Assembly (NCBI GenBank): GCA_002269645.1
Contig: NIVC01001184.1
Location: 124,001-188,000 of the forward strand
Direction: 5' to 3'
DNA: 64,000 nucleotides
From: Macrostomum lignano
Taxonomy: Eukaryota
The position numbers and the translations under genes were made by a program. This document shows positions 45,516-58,714 of this stretch, in pieces (positions within the stretch are counted from its first letter, which is position 1; each line of letters starts with the position of its first letter). Under the pieces are notes generated by a model that saw only the letters and a list, made by a program, of their open reading frames with translations, was not told the origin of the DNA and ran no database searches.

Positions 45516-47421
45516 TAGGCCTATGACAGAATTTTTTTATTTGGGATATTAAATACATCCAATTTATTAAAAAACTACAAAAACAATAAAAATAAAACAA
45601 TTTTAGTTATAATAGATAATTAGTAAAAAATATATTTTTTCAATATAGGCCACAGTCAAGAAAGTGAAATGAAATTGCTATAGAAGATTCTTATAAAATG
45701 TTTCTCTTGATAATTTATTAAGCCAAAGGCACAAGTAAACACCTTGAATGATAGAGTTATGAACCATACAATGAAAATGACTATATATAATACTATTTTT
45801 TTAAATACTCTAAAAATACTATTTTATAAATAAAAAACTACATATATAATTATGCACTATGCATGAAATATTCTTTATTCTCTTCTTCATTGTCTTCTTT
45901 GCTTTACAGTGCAATTTTGATTTTCTAGTTCAAACATAGCTAGACAATTGTCCTAGTCCATATTGCATTACTTTACTAAGTAGATTTTAGGGTATTTAAT
46001 TTCAATTTTAAAACTGCATACATGTCTCAAACAAAAGAAACATGACGCTTGTTATTCTTAATGGCTAGCCTAGACCTAACATGATAGACAAATGGCTTGG
46101 TTTAAAACAATTCCAGTTGACAAATTTTTGGTTGACAAAAAATGCCTGGTTTTCCCTGAGTCTATCTGAACATAAAAAATTAATGCAGGTTTTACTATTG
46201 CCTCTGTTGAAAATGACCTACACGTCCAAAGTAAGGATTGGGCCTATGTGTGTAATTTAGTATTCTACTAGACATACTAGTCAAGATCAGTATACTAACT
46301 GTAAAAAATTGGAATTCTTTTAAAATAAACGCATGGAAAATATAAAAACCTGTTCGTAAATATCCCGTCGAAAATAGGACCTTGAGTTAAGGTAAGAATC
46401 AATTTTACATCTTGGAAATATAGGAATAAGCAGGGTAGGATAGGTTAGGACAACATAGCGGGTTCGGTCACTCGGTCAGGAATCCAACACAGAAAATTGA
46501 AACGCAGTCTTTGAAGATTTGCACAAAAATAAACGGATAAAAACTTTTTAAATGTGTCAATATATCAGAAAAATAACAATAAGAATTTGGGTGAATAAGA
46601 TCCTTTCAATAAAAATGTCTCACAACTCTTTCGCAACTCCGTGACCCTTTCGCTGTCAAACACGGCAAAGAAAACACAAGAAATCAAAAAAAGAAACAGC
46701 TGATTGAAGACATTCAGCTATTTTGCTATAAGTCCAAAATTAAACAACAAATAAACAATTTAAAAAAAGAATTTAGAGTTTTAATTTAGCAAAAAAATTT
46801 GTTAGTAATTGTTAAATTACCTTTTGTTATAACGTTTTTCCTTTTATTATCGTCGACGGCTTAGAACTGTGCTAATGGTTTTAAGACACTTGTAAACTTG
46901 CTACAACAATTTTTGATAAGCAAATATTATTAACTGTAATTAATGGTGTTTAAAGGAAGCAATTCGCTTTTGACTTGAAAGAGCTTCTTTCGGTGGGCAA
47001 TAGCAATGCGATTTCGCATCGCGGGGGCCGATTGATCAGGACGCAATTTTTAAGTTGGGGATGCCTAAACTTTTATTTAAGATGAAAAAACAAGAATAAT
47101 GAAACAGGATGCTTATTTCAGGATGTGTTTAAAAACTTAAGGTTATCAAATCGAGTATCCCACAAAGAAGCCGTGGATATATTTTCTGTGTTTTTGTACC
47201 TGTATTACAATTAACACAGCCAACAAATTGAACGCGAATATGCTATTTTAGCTACTATTATACTATGCATATACAGCAATAACTGTAAAATCTTGTTTTG
47301 GTATACACATAGCATTGTACTGAGCAAAAAACAGCTAGTAAGTGATCATGATAAATCCAACTATTGTATAGCTCAATACGTTTATTAAGCTTAGTAGGTT
47401 ACGTAGGCCGTGTACATAGAG

Positions 47422-47680
47422 GGGTGTTGGTATTTCACGGCCCGGCCAGACCCGGGCGGCCTCTATTTAGCCAATGTAATCTATTTTAGTAAATAAGTAA
47501 AACAAAAAATACTGACCAGAATGCCGCATATTTTTAGAGTCAATTGTGAGTTTACTACGTTGTAAAATATTAATTGTTAATTCAATGAACTTCTAGTGCT
47601 CTATTTTTTAAATTAAGTTAAAAACTAAAGTAACAACGCCGCGGCCCTGGGCCGGGCCGGGCCGCGAAATACCAACACCC
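47422..47680. mobile_element. MITE with 26-bp TIRs and a 10-bp TSD (Mutator-like)
   Basis: gggtgttggtatttcacggcccggcc / ggccgggccgcgaaataccaacaccc; TSD gtacatagag. Confidence 0.8.
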
Positions 47681-47687
47681 GTACATA

Positions 47688-47947
47688 GGGCCTTTTCATA
47701 TTGCTTGCTCTGGTTCCAGAACCAGAACCAATTTGTGAAGTATAACTTTTCGTCTTCATAACTAGAGGGAGATACGTGCTATAAAGTTTTTATTATTGAA
47801 TGACAATCGCCAAGAAGAAAGTGAAAAATTGTGCTAAGTTAGGTTGTTAAGGCAGTCAAATATTAACAGAGTTTAATAGTTATACTGCTGTTTTTCTTGG
47901 AATTCCGAACCGATTCTGGTTCTGGAATTGGTAATATGAAAAGGCCC
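47688..47947. mobile_element. MITE with 15-bp TIRs and a 3-bp TSD (PIF/Harbinger-like)
   Basis: gggccttttcatatt / aatatgaaaaggccc, flanked by ata. Confidence 0.78.
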
Positions 47948-48187
47948 ATAGAGATGAGCCCGAATTAAAAACACGTTCACATGTACTATTATATAGCTAC
48001 ATCTTAATTTAATTTATAAATTGTATAAATGTCGTTGTATTTCTACCAAAAAAACGTATAGAAATTAATCATGGTAAACTTCGAAAAATATTGCGCCAAA
48101 AAATATGTGCATGTCTCGGTCTGCACTTTAGACATTTTTGCAACGATTTTGAAGAGTGACGATATTTGAATATTTTTAACATAAATA

Positions 48188-49162
48188 CTTCGGGTGTGTC
48201 ATAAGTTACGTCACTGATGTGAAAACAGACGAACTTGCAATCGCAGATGAACAAAACTGTACCACTCAACAACATAGAGTCCCCCAATATCAATCACCCT
48301 CTGACAATGTTCATACAGCTTGTCCACCTCAGCCTGCAGGTGTTTTTCCTCCAACTGCCATAACCAGTGCAACGCAGCCTGTTTTACCTCTTCATGGTTT
48401 GCGAAACTCTTCTTGGAAAAGTCAGCCTTCAGCCATTTGAACAGGAATCTCTTGCAAAAGTTGAAGTCCGGGCTGTAGGGACTCTGTCAGAGCAGATTCA
48501 CTCGCCATGCAGGCAGAAAATTCGAAACAGCCTTTAGGTGTGCAGCCGTGCGGTGTCCATCTGCCACAGAACCTCGTCCAGGTGACATGGATTTGACCGG
48601 AGAGTGCGCCAGAGGTCCCCAGCTAGTGTGCCGGACAAAGTCGATAAAGTACTGGCCATCGACCTTGGTGTTCGGTGGAGTTGTGCAGATGGAGACTCGT
48701 TCATTTGGCGTGAAGGCTACCAGCAGCATGGTCTTCTTGTCCGAGATGGACTTCCTGGTCACCATCGGCCTGGAGTCCCCAGCTCCCAACCAGCAGCGAT
48801 TGTCTGCCTTGCTGCTCTTGCCATCCAGGTGGAGCCAGCTTTCATCCTCAGCAACCAGGCAGTTTAGGATGTCATTCAAGCCCCGGCTGCTGAACATCTT
48901 GCGAATCTGCTTGGTGCAGGCGTCTTGTCGAGATTCATGGTGATTTTTGTTCGCTGCATGGATGATTTTTCATCGCGTTGCACTTGCTAAATCTGCTTGG
49001 CGTATTCTTGCGATAGCTTGGGCCATAAACAACCTATGCACGTCTCAAATGCACTGCTATTGCTTCACTAAGTATACTTTGCAGCTACACTACCCACAAG
49101 TCCATGTGCCTACATATTTTAGACAGAGGCCTGCAGTGACATTACTTATGACACACCCGAAG
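48188..49162 (-). mobile_element. Decayed, internally deleted mariner-type DNA transposon
   Basis: About 29-bp TIRs (cttcgggtgtgtcataagttacgtcactg at 48188; inverted copy ends at 49162); TA on the left flank. Confidence 0.88.
48270..48940 (-). pseudogene. Mariner transposase catalytic-domain remnant
   Basis: VAEDESW (TGDETW-like), MDTARLH (HDNARPH-like) and QSPYSPDF motifs, broken by frameshifts and stops; no N-terminal HTH. Confidence 0.85.
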
Positions 49163-50635
49163 AGTAGTTGGTTTTGGGATCGAGCCAGTGCATATCATAT
49201 CGCATGATCTAGAAGATAAATACATGTAAATCCATATTTTATCTTTTGGCTGAGATTGGCAGTGGGTCAAAATACCTACACATATACACTAGCTCTAGCT
49301 GGTGGCGCTAGTCGAATAATTTTTTTTCGCTTTTTACATCTATTTTACTAAACAGAGAATAGTTTTGGGAAATATACATGCACTTGATTGAATCATCAAG
49401 TGTATTTAGTATCCGTGGATAGCTAGAATAAGTAACTTCAAAATTTTCGACAAAATCGCAAAATTTGATCTTTCGCCTTCAAAATAATCGAATTTCGATA
49501 TACCAAGGTGGTGGATACACAGATTTTTTAGACTGGCGTGGAAAGCTTACTGCAGCAATATTCTATTAAAATCTATAAGAACAGATCGAGTATATGCACA
49601 TCTAAAGGAAGACTTGCGCTTGACATGTATACTGTATATTGTGTACGTTCGTATTTGCTCTCAGTAATTTGAATCAATGAAAATACAAAAAATCAAGCTA
49701 AATAGAATGTTCACAGTGTCGCAGGTCCTATATAGATGGAGATTCTAAATCAAAATGTAATGCATTTCGCTTCCACTGAAAGTAATTAAACATTGCGTCA
49801 GACATGAAATATAATCCACCCCGATTAAATATACATTGATGAAATTCGTTTTAGCTAAAGTCATTGGTTACAATTACTTATATATATAACTGTATAAATG
49901 ATAGCGCAATGCAAAGCTACTCATGCAACAGTGGCTTTTTATGAAGAAATATAATTACATGAACAGAGAAACAAATTACTACTAAGTAGTAGGCATACGT
50001 AGTACTTGTGTGACGGTTTTAGTTCTTGTACATAGTTTTTGCAAAATTAATTATTGGTATTTTAATCTGGTACTAATTAATTGTATTTGCGCACATACTG
50101 GTGGACCTGTTAATCAGATAAAGTTTTTCAGTATTTTGTTTAAACCTTAATATTCAAATTTCAAATGACTATAAAAACGTTTTGAATTTCCATCAAGCTG
50201 TTTGTCTGGTTTGTCGCTTGTCGCTCTTGGCTTTGTGCTGGCTCTAATACTTATTAATAGATAAATATATTGAATAGTTCGCAGTTGTTCGACAATATTT
50301 TCGACAGCTTCCTGTAATTCGCCCGGTCTACTACTACTTCTTCATACTCGTACATGTAAACCCTGATACACAACTTATCAACATCAGCAAAAGAAAAGTA
50401 GGCTTAATAAAATCGTCACACTTGTAAACAGCATGGACATAACATTTATCTGTCTCTGCCTGTCTGCCTGTCTGCCTGACTGGTTGTAGATCCTGTCTGA
50501 CAGTCCAGATCCTGTCTAGGACAGCTGGTTTGTCCTCTCTGCTTTTGTTGCCGATATATGTCAATCCCTGCTGTCAAGTATGACGGAGAACTGCATTATT
50601 TAAGGCGTGCGAATGTGGAAGGCTTGTCAGAGAGG

Positions 50636-53600
50636 TCATATAAGGCCACTCAAGCTGTAATCGCTGGGCCGCCTGCCGACGCTGCCGATGCCGCCGGAGC
50701 CGCCGCCGATCGGGCCCGAGTAGGTCTTGAAGATGTCGCTGAGCCGCTCGAAGTTGGGCCGCTCTGCCGGACTGGCCATCCAGCACATCAGCATCACGTC
50801 GTAGAGATAATCGTCGCATTCAACTCCGTCGGCGCGGTTGGGATTCTCCATCCGGTAGCCGTCGGACACCATCGGGATGATGTCCTTGTTGGGAAACTGT
50901 TTGTAGGGCAGGTCGCCTCTGGTGACGATTTCGTAGAGCAGAACTCCGAACGACCAAACGTCCGACTCGGTGGTGAATCGCTTGTTCTTGGCCGCCTCCG
51001 GGGCCGTCCAGCGCACCGGGAAGCGAATCCGGTTTTCAACGTCGTCGCCTTCTTCGCCTCCGCTGAGACATTTGCTCAAACCAAAGTCGCTCACCTTGAC
51101 GATGTTATTGTCGCTCACAAGGATGTTAGCCGCTCTTAGATCGCGATGTACTACGGAATTCTTAGCCAAATAAGTCATGCCGTCTGCTATCTGATACATC
51201 ATGTCCGTCATGTCGCTGAATGTCACTTGGCGTCGCTCCCGATCGCGTCGGAGGTAGTTGCTGAGAGCGCCGAGACGCATGTACTCCGTGATGATGTAGA
51301 ACGGCTCCTCCAGGGTGCACACGCCCAATAGCTGGACAACCCGGGGATGGTGAAGGCGATAGTGCAGTTTGGCTTCGGCCAGAAACTCCTCCTTGTTCAT
51401 GCTGCCGGGCTTCATGGCTTTAACGGCGACAACAACTAAGCGACCGAGGTAGGCTTGGAACACCTGCGGCAGGTTAGATGGAGATCCGGTAAAAAAAGCT
51501 TAAAGCCCAGAAAAACAACAAAAACGTTATCCTGATAATGGCTTTGCAACAAAAATTAGTTGTTGCACCTAAAAGGCCAAATTTGGTGCTTAAATTTCTC
51601 AAATTTGTACTAAAGAAACTCATTCAGTCGGTATTTTCTAACATCATTTGGTTCTTAAGAAACATTTGAAGGTTTGAACAACTTTTAACAGGAAGAATGA
51701 GGCTTGAATCATGCAGTTCAGTACGACCGTTATGTCAATGAATGGATCAGCGCTATGGGTTTAGGATTATATAGGCATTCGATTCCCTGCCGACTCTACT
51801 TTTTAGTGGTCCCTGGAAAAAGCAAAGCCCCAGACTTAAAAGTTCATGTTTTGCAGCTGGCCATCACCAGCAGTTGTAATTGCAATCAAGTGCCAAACCA
51901 GAACTTTTTAAGAAGGTTCAAACGTTAATCCTCAGTCCAAGCTTATAATGACTTGAAATTCCTAAGCAGGGTGTGGCAAACAACGAAAAAAAGCTTCGGC
52001 TTCGGCTTCGGCATGGAATGTGACCTCAGGTGCGAGGGATCAATAAAGATAGTTAGCCGCAGTGACACACGGGCCATGCGGTGCACAAGGCGCGGGTCCC
52101 GAGAGGATTGGCTTGCCATCTATAAATATTTGATAGCAATCGCGTAACCTGGCCAGGTCGCTCTTGCACTGCACAGGCTATGATTAAACCCATTGTATAG
52201 TTACGACTATATCTTGTCCAAAATAATGTATTCGCCCGCCGATTGTAGGTTTTGTTTTGAAAACAGCGTGGATCATGTCTAATTGCTGTTATCGAATCTT
52301 TATCGCTGCGAAAGTAATTTTTAGACACTTTTCTTCTGAAATTGAATTCACAAGTCTGCATATTGAACATATAAGTTAATTAACAGCCTCAAAATCGTAA
52401 AGGCACGAAAAAAAATTTTATAACTTTGGAATGTGGAATGAGAACACTTTTGTGGCACTGATGGCACTCATTTTGGGGCAGCAGTCACTCATTATGGCGC
52501 AGCAGTCACTCATTATGGCGCAGCAGTCACTCATTATGGCGCAGCAGTCACTCATTATGGCGCAGCAGTCACTCATTATGGCGCAGCAGTCACTCATTAT
52601 GGCGCAGCAGTCACTCATTATGGCGCAGCAGTCACTCATTATGGCGCAGCAGTCACTCATTATGGCGCAGCAGTCACTCATTTTGGCGCAGCAGTCACTC
52701 ATTTTGGGGCAGCAGTCACTCATTTTGGCGCAGCAGTCACTCACTTTGGATCAGCGGGCACTCATTTTTAGAGCCGCAAGCACTCAATCGTGTAAATTAT
52801 TATTTAACTCATACTAGCAGCTTAGCCAACAAGGACAATGACCATTAAATGTTTTAATCGGGACTTTAATAGCAAAAACTCGATCCTGCCCAAAAATCCT
52901 GAATATACGGGAGCTACAGTATAAACTGTCAAGATTACGATCGCTAGATAGCTTAAGTAACCTTAACTTCTGTTGACACCCGACTTCGCGGTCATAAAAT
53001 CAAGTTTATAAGCTACATGTAAAAAATGTGCGAACTTCGCTGACGTAAAAGATATCTTTAACGATCTTAAATGACACACGAATGCCCGCACGAATGCCCG
53101 TACAAAGCTATGGATTTGCAATTGGATGTAAACGGGCACTTGAAGAAGTGAAGTTCCTTCAAACTAAGCTGATCAACGGCAAGTAATTTAGCTAGCTCTT
53201 TTTTCGATTGAAAAGTTCTGTCAACTGCGGCTTATTGTAAAATTTCGTTGGTCAGTGAGTCTATAGTTAAAGTCAAGCTCACCTCGCCAAAAGAGCCGTG
53301 ACCGAGCGCCTGTTGCAGCCTGAGCGACTGTCGATTCACTTCGAAGTCTCGCAGCTGCAGCGGCGGCATCCATCGCCTGGGGCACGGCTCCGTCAGTCGG
53401 CAGCACAGACCGTCCCTGTGCTGCCGATAGTGGTCCAGGAGGTCAGTGATGCCGGGAAAACAGGTGCTTGGATTGACAAAGTAACCGTTAGTACCTTCTC
53501 GAACCATGTAGTGCTTCACTAGGACTCGGCGTGCCTGGGTGGGAGCTGCATTTTTCGGAGAGTTGCGGTTGTCAAAATGAAACGAAATCGAATCAAGATG

Positions 53601-54774
53601 AGCAGAATGAGGATCTACGGTCAAGTGAGTAGGCTAAGGACATACGATAAAGGTGAAGAGATTAAGGACCTACGACTAAGGCGAGTAGGTTGATCAGGGT
53701 TAGGAGGTTGAGGACCTGCGATCAAGGTGAGGCTGAGGAGTAAACCCAGCTAATTAAGATATTATTCAAGGGTAGAGGCTCCGTCACACTGACATCAAAT
53801 ATAGGACCACTAGAAGTAACCGTTGTAACGGTAACTTCTAGTGGTCCTTGCATCAAATACGCTACGTGTGTAATAGAGTCAGACACGACTGATATACAAA
53901 GCTCCGTACAGATTCGTGTACAAGCCGTGTAATTGACGTTGCGGTCGTGTAGACTTACTATAAAATTCTATAAGAAAGACAGCTCACCCTCAACTTTGCC
54001 GTCAATTGCCGCTGTCTCGCCGTTGACACATGTCGCGTCGTTCCCGTCCTCGCTGCCTGTCGCGCCTCCATAGTTCTCGTCGCCGCCGTCCGCATCTGCT
54101 CCCTCCTCGGTGCGCACGCTGAGGGTGATATTGGCCTGACCCTGGGCCTGATGACACGGTCGCAATAGGTAGCTGCCTCTGGGCAGGCCAGGCAGCATGA
54201 GATTCCGCTCGGCCTCTCGGCGATCTAGATCGAACCAGCACTCTAGCGAACTCGGACTACCGTCCAGCACTTGGACATAGTTGTAGGGCACGTAGCCTGT
54301 CTGTCTTGTCCGTTGGTTTCTGGCCAGCAGCCAAGCCGAGTCGGTCGCGTCCAGCAGTTGCAGAATGTCACCTTTGCGAAATGACAAATCACCTTCGACC
54401 TGCGCTTCGAAGGAGAACAGAGCTCGGAGCTTCTCAGTGCTGGACGTCTCGGCGGAGGCCAGCGAAGTTGATGACGATGGAGGCTGTTGTTGTTGCTGCT
54501 GCTGCTGTTGTTGTTGTTGTGACGCGACGGACCAGGCCAACTGACCCTGAGGTGCCGAGATCGACGCTTGCAAGCGTCGACGACTGTCAGACAGAGAGGA
54601 GGCCGAAGCCGACTGAGGCAGAAAGTCCGAGAAGCCGCTTTCGTCACCGATAACTGAGCGCTGCTGCTGCAGTTGCTGCTGCTGAATTTGTTGCTGCTGA
54701 AACGGCTCAGACGCTCGACGAACCTCAGCAGCTTTTTTCTTTGCCTTCGACAATTTCGACGCATTCTTGCCCAT
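50636..54774 (-). CDS. Src-family-like non-receptor tyrosine kinase A (SH4/poly-Q unique region, SH3, SH2, kinase), 648 aa
   Basis: Exons 53988-54774, 53283-53614 and 50636-51463 total 1947 nt. Motifs: MGKNASK myristoylation, SH3 ALFSF..GYVPYNYV, SH2 YLLRP..KHY, GHGSFGEV, VAVK, HRDLRAAN, DFG, WTAPE. Confidence 0.93.
52468..52770. repeat. 21-bp minisatellite, about 14 copies
   Basis: gcgcagcagtcactcattatg. Confidence 0.95.
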
Positions 54775-57700
54775 GCTTCGGTAGGTTCAGAAAATTTCTG
54801 TAGATTCTGCAGCTCTTCAGGTAGTGACGTATCTTTTAAAATTGTTAAATTTCTTTCGCGAAGCAGCAAAATTAATAATCTACTGTAAATTTTTCTTCAT
54901 ATAGTTAAAACTGATTCTCTCTATCTATCGTGGAAAGTGTATCTACATACAGTGGCGCCTAAACTGGGGTAGCTGGCACAGCGGACCAAGTGGCCATTGC
55001 GCCTGTGGACGCACGCACAGTATCAGTAGGTGTATAAGGTAAGAATGCAACTGCCGCAAAGTTTTTATACTGGTTCTATTATGTTTGGACAAGCCAATGC
55101 GCGAGCGTATCGCTAACTGTCCAGTCGTTTCTTTAGAGATTGCAAAAGCCTATGGCAAGCAGTTCTGAGTTGCCGGCTGGCCGTGCTTTCCCGTCAGTGC
55201 AGCAGACGGCTGGGAGTGAGTATACAGGGCGGGGTGGGCCGAATGGGGTTGGCTGGATGCACTTCAGCTGAATTGAATGAGGGACGGACTGAGAATATAA
55301 GCGCAGAATTAGGGGGGGGGGCTAAGGCGTGGCAGAGAGAATAAAAGAGGTAGAGGGAGAAAGAGAGCCTACTGCTGTACTTTTCCACCTTTTAGGTGCA
55401 GTCTCATGTCGCCTCTCTTAGTGTCTCTCCTTTGCCTGGTTTAAAGCCACTACAACGAGAGAGCGCGAATCTAATTGGGCCATGGAAAACACAGCGTTGA
55501 CAATTTAAATTGGCTTCAAAACCCAACCTCCATCGTGGGCAGCTAGCAATGAAGTATACAAGTACACCAAACGCAAGCATTGGCTGCAGTCTTGGCTCTT
55601 ATCTTAATAGCAATCTGTTTGGTCCTGACCAGAAATTGCATGTCTGCTTTGCTAGAAAGAGCATGAGTGGCCCTCCCGACCATTAAAAGAAAAACTTGAG
55701 CACACTCACACATCTGGCTGTGTACACTGCAAGCATAGTTTAGTGTGTTGCGCGCTTTCTTTGCGTCAGGCCACTTTGACCTATCATTCGAATCAAGATG
55801 CTGCAATGTTGTAGCGTATGAGCTGAACCCATCCTTGCTTATTCTTAATTCTTGTCGTAAGTCCACATTTATGGCATTAGTCACGTCACTATTCACTTAA
55901 CAGAATAAGCTCGTAATACTTCTATCACATAAAAACTTTAAGTATAAAAATCATTGTAAAAAGCAAAGGATGCTAAAATTAGAAATTAAAGCAGTACACC
56001 TGATATCAAGCATTCCAGCTTAAGATATTAGCATCCCATCTGAGCCTTGATGGCATCTTGTCAGCAACTATAACAATTAAGTCATAATGGCATCTAGCAA
56101 CTATACGAAATATTACGAAAATCATTATTTTGTTTACTTTTAAAAAGGTAAAATAAGTAAAAACCTAGATTGTTACTGTTAGTAGAATGTCAATATACCG
56201 CAGTATAAATAACGCTTAATGCGTCATTACAACTTTTCAATTTCAAACTGTAAATATCGACTTGATGAAGACAAACATGTGCTAAGAATTCTTCGATTGC
56301 TAAAGTAAAAACTTCATATTACTACTTACTAGTACTGCGACTAAAATACTATTAATACTACTACTAATAATACTACTAATAGTAATTATCCACAGATTGA
56401 ATTTGTAGGGACTTTCGGTAACAATGACTGAATGAGCCGAGGCGGTTGTTCTTAATTTGCCATGGTGAGTTGAGATAACGTTCTTGATAGAACTTCGCGC
56501 TCGTTAGTTTTATTTTTAGATGAAGAAAAATGGCAGTTCGTAAAAATACCGGAAAATTTAAAACGTTAAAACAAACTAAAAATATTCTGAGTATGATGCG
56601 CTAAAACGGTCTAATGCAACAAACTTTTTTACATTAAATATATCGATTTTAGTTAAACATGGTGAACAAACTACATGTGTGTGCAATACAAGTAAAATTG
56701 AAATATCTAGAAAGTACTATAACTGACTTTGATTATAAATATGAGAAAACAAATTTGTGGGAATATGTTAATAAATGTTAATATTTAATAGCTAAAATAA
56801 ATTAAAGCATGTCATAAAACATAATGAAGTTTTTACTTTTTAAAGTGAATTCCGTTGAGATAAATCATGCATAATTCATAATGTACTTTTGATGTAAACC
56901 CGGGCTGCACGAAAACACCTGTGCAAACCCCTAGGCTATGGCGCTGAAAGGTACAGCCGCCAGGCCTCGTCCCTTAGATTTTGTTCACCTCTGGATGGTG
57001 CGGTAGCTGCTTGACGTTGCGGCCAAGATCCCATTATCTAGACAGTGGGTCCGGGTTGTTTGAAGGTACACGCCAGAGGCGCGGCCTCGACCAGGCACCT
57101 GTGCAGGAGTGCCACCCGGTAAAAACTCCCGCTAACGAGACGGGACTCACGGTCGGTAACAGACGAAGGCTCTTGACCCCAACTGTACTAGAAATGGCCG
57201 ATTAAGAGACTATGCGAGGCATACAAGGACAGTCTAGTCAGGGCTGGAAACGAGGACTTTTGCATATAGGGGGATCTTTTAGCTGGTGAGCGGTTTTAAC
57301 TACAATTCCCTCCTAAGCTCCAGGATTCCAAGGGTGGATAATAAATAACGCCATTTTAATATCTTTCCTTCTCGATGGGTTCGATGCAGCAAGGGTCCCA
57401 GGGCTCTCTCGTGGTGCACATCCAATTAGGACTTATTTAGTTATTGCTATGGTTATTTGGTCAAATTCGGCTCATACTCGATGATCTTCCACTCTGATCT
57501 TAGCTTCTATTTCATGCTCTGGGACAGGCGCACTTTCTACTCACGTTTCATACCACGTCTCATTGTAAATAAACAAACAGACAGAAGCAAACAAATTGAA
57601 TAGCTATAATGCCCTGATCGAATTACTGGCTCTAAACTTGGCCCTAACCGCTCGGTTAATTTCTAAGACGGAATTAGTAAGTTGAGATTGAAAAATGAGG

Positions 57701-58603
57701 AGATGATGGGCAATGCGGGGGGGGGAGACCGGCTGACTATAACCAAAGGGCAGCGTAACAGAGAGAGTGAAATACCCTACAGACGCGGCCGACGGGCAGG
57801 GCTGCTTGGCAACCCTATAGTCAGGATAGTCATAGGATAGTCATGGAGGCGGCTGCGTCACGGACGAGACGTGTCAGTAGGTTAAAGCCAAGGGAAGTTA
57901 CAGCTCAGCATGGTGGCAAAGGAACCGGCTGCCGCTCAGGGCTAGGGTGAAGGTAACGGTAAAAGGGGGGGGGGCGAGGAAACGGGGAAGGTTCAAAAAC
58001 CAGCGCACTGAGATCACGCGTCATGCGATCACGTGAGCGTGATGCATGATATTGAAGGCCGTGCCTTGTCCTTGACCTCCGATACCAAGCAACCCTGATG
58101 ACGTCACCCGCCAGCCACGCTGCGATTGGGTGAGAAATTGGGGTGGGGCGCAGCGGAGAAAAATGATTTACGATGGGGGGATTGCGTAACAGGCAAGAAG
58201 AAGCTTGGGGAGATAAGGGGGTCATAAAACTGTCACACGCATGAATGATTAGTATATAGGATGTGGGGTTGGTGCGCAGGGAAGTGGAGTGGGCGATAAG
58301 CATGAGTCACAAGTAAATCTCAATGAGTCATCACGGGGGGCGCGAGAATCGCATGGAAAGAAGGGAGGGTGCGCAAAAAATTGTGGGGGGCTAGGACGTG
58401 CCTGATATCACTTTAATCAAATACATGTAAATAATATTACAACGCAAAATCTATAATATTAATGAATTAAACTGGATAAATATTCAAGGCGTTAAAAAAG
58501 CACAGGCTAATACCAGCTAACAATTTAAATGTACATAATAATTGTATATTCGTAGGAGGCATGTGAAAAAACGCAAAACTTAATATTTAAGATTTGAAAA
58601 AAT

Positions 58604-58656
58604 CTAACCCTAACCCTAACCCTAACCCTAACCCTAACCCTAACCCTAACCCTAAC
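58604..58656. repeat. Interstitial telomere-type (CCCTAA)n tract, about 9 units
   Basis: Perfect taaccc repeats. Confidence 0.92.
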
Positions 58657-58714
58657 AATTTCAAATATTACAGATCGTAGGCTTCACGGAAAAACTTATC
58701 AAAGTTTTATTGGT

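Noticed and set aside
40400-47400. AT-rich intergenic stretch
   Set aside because: No convincing exons or RNA genes; only old repeat remnants.
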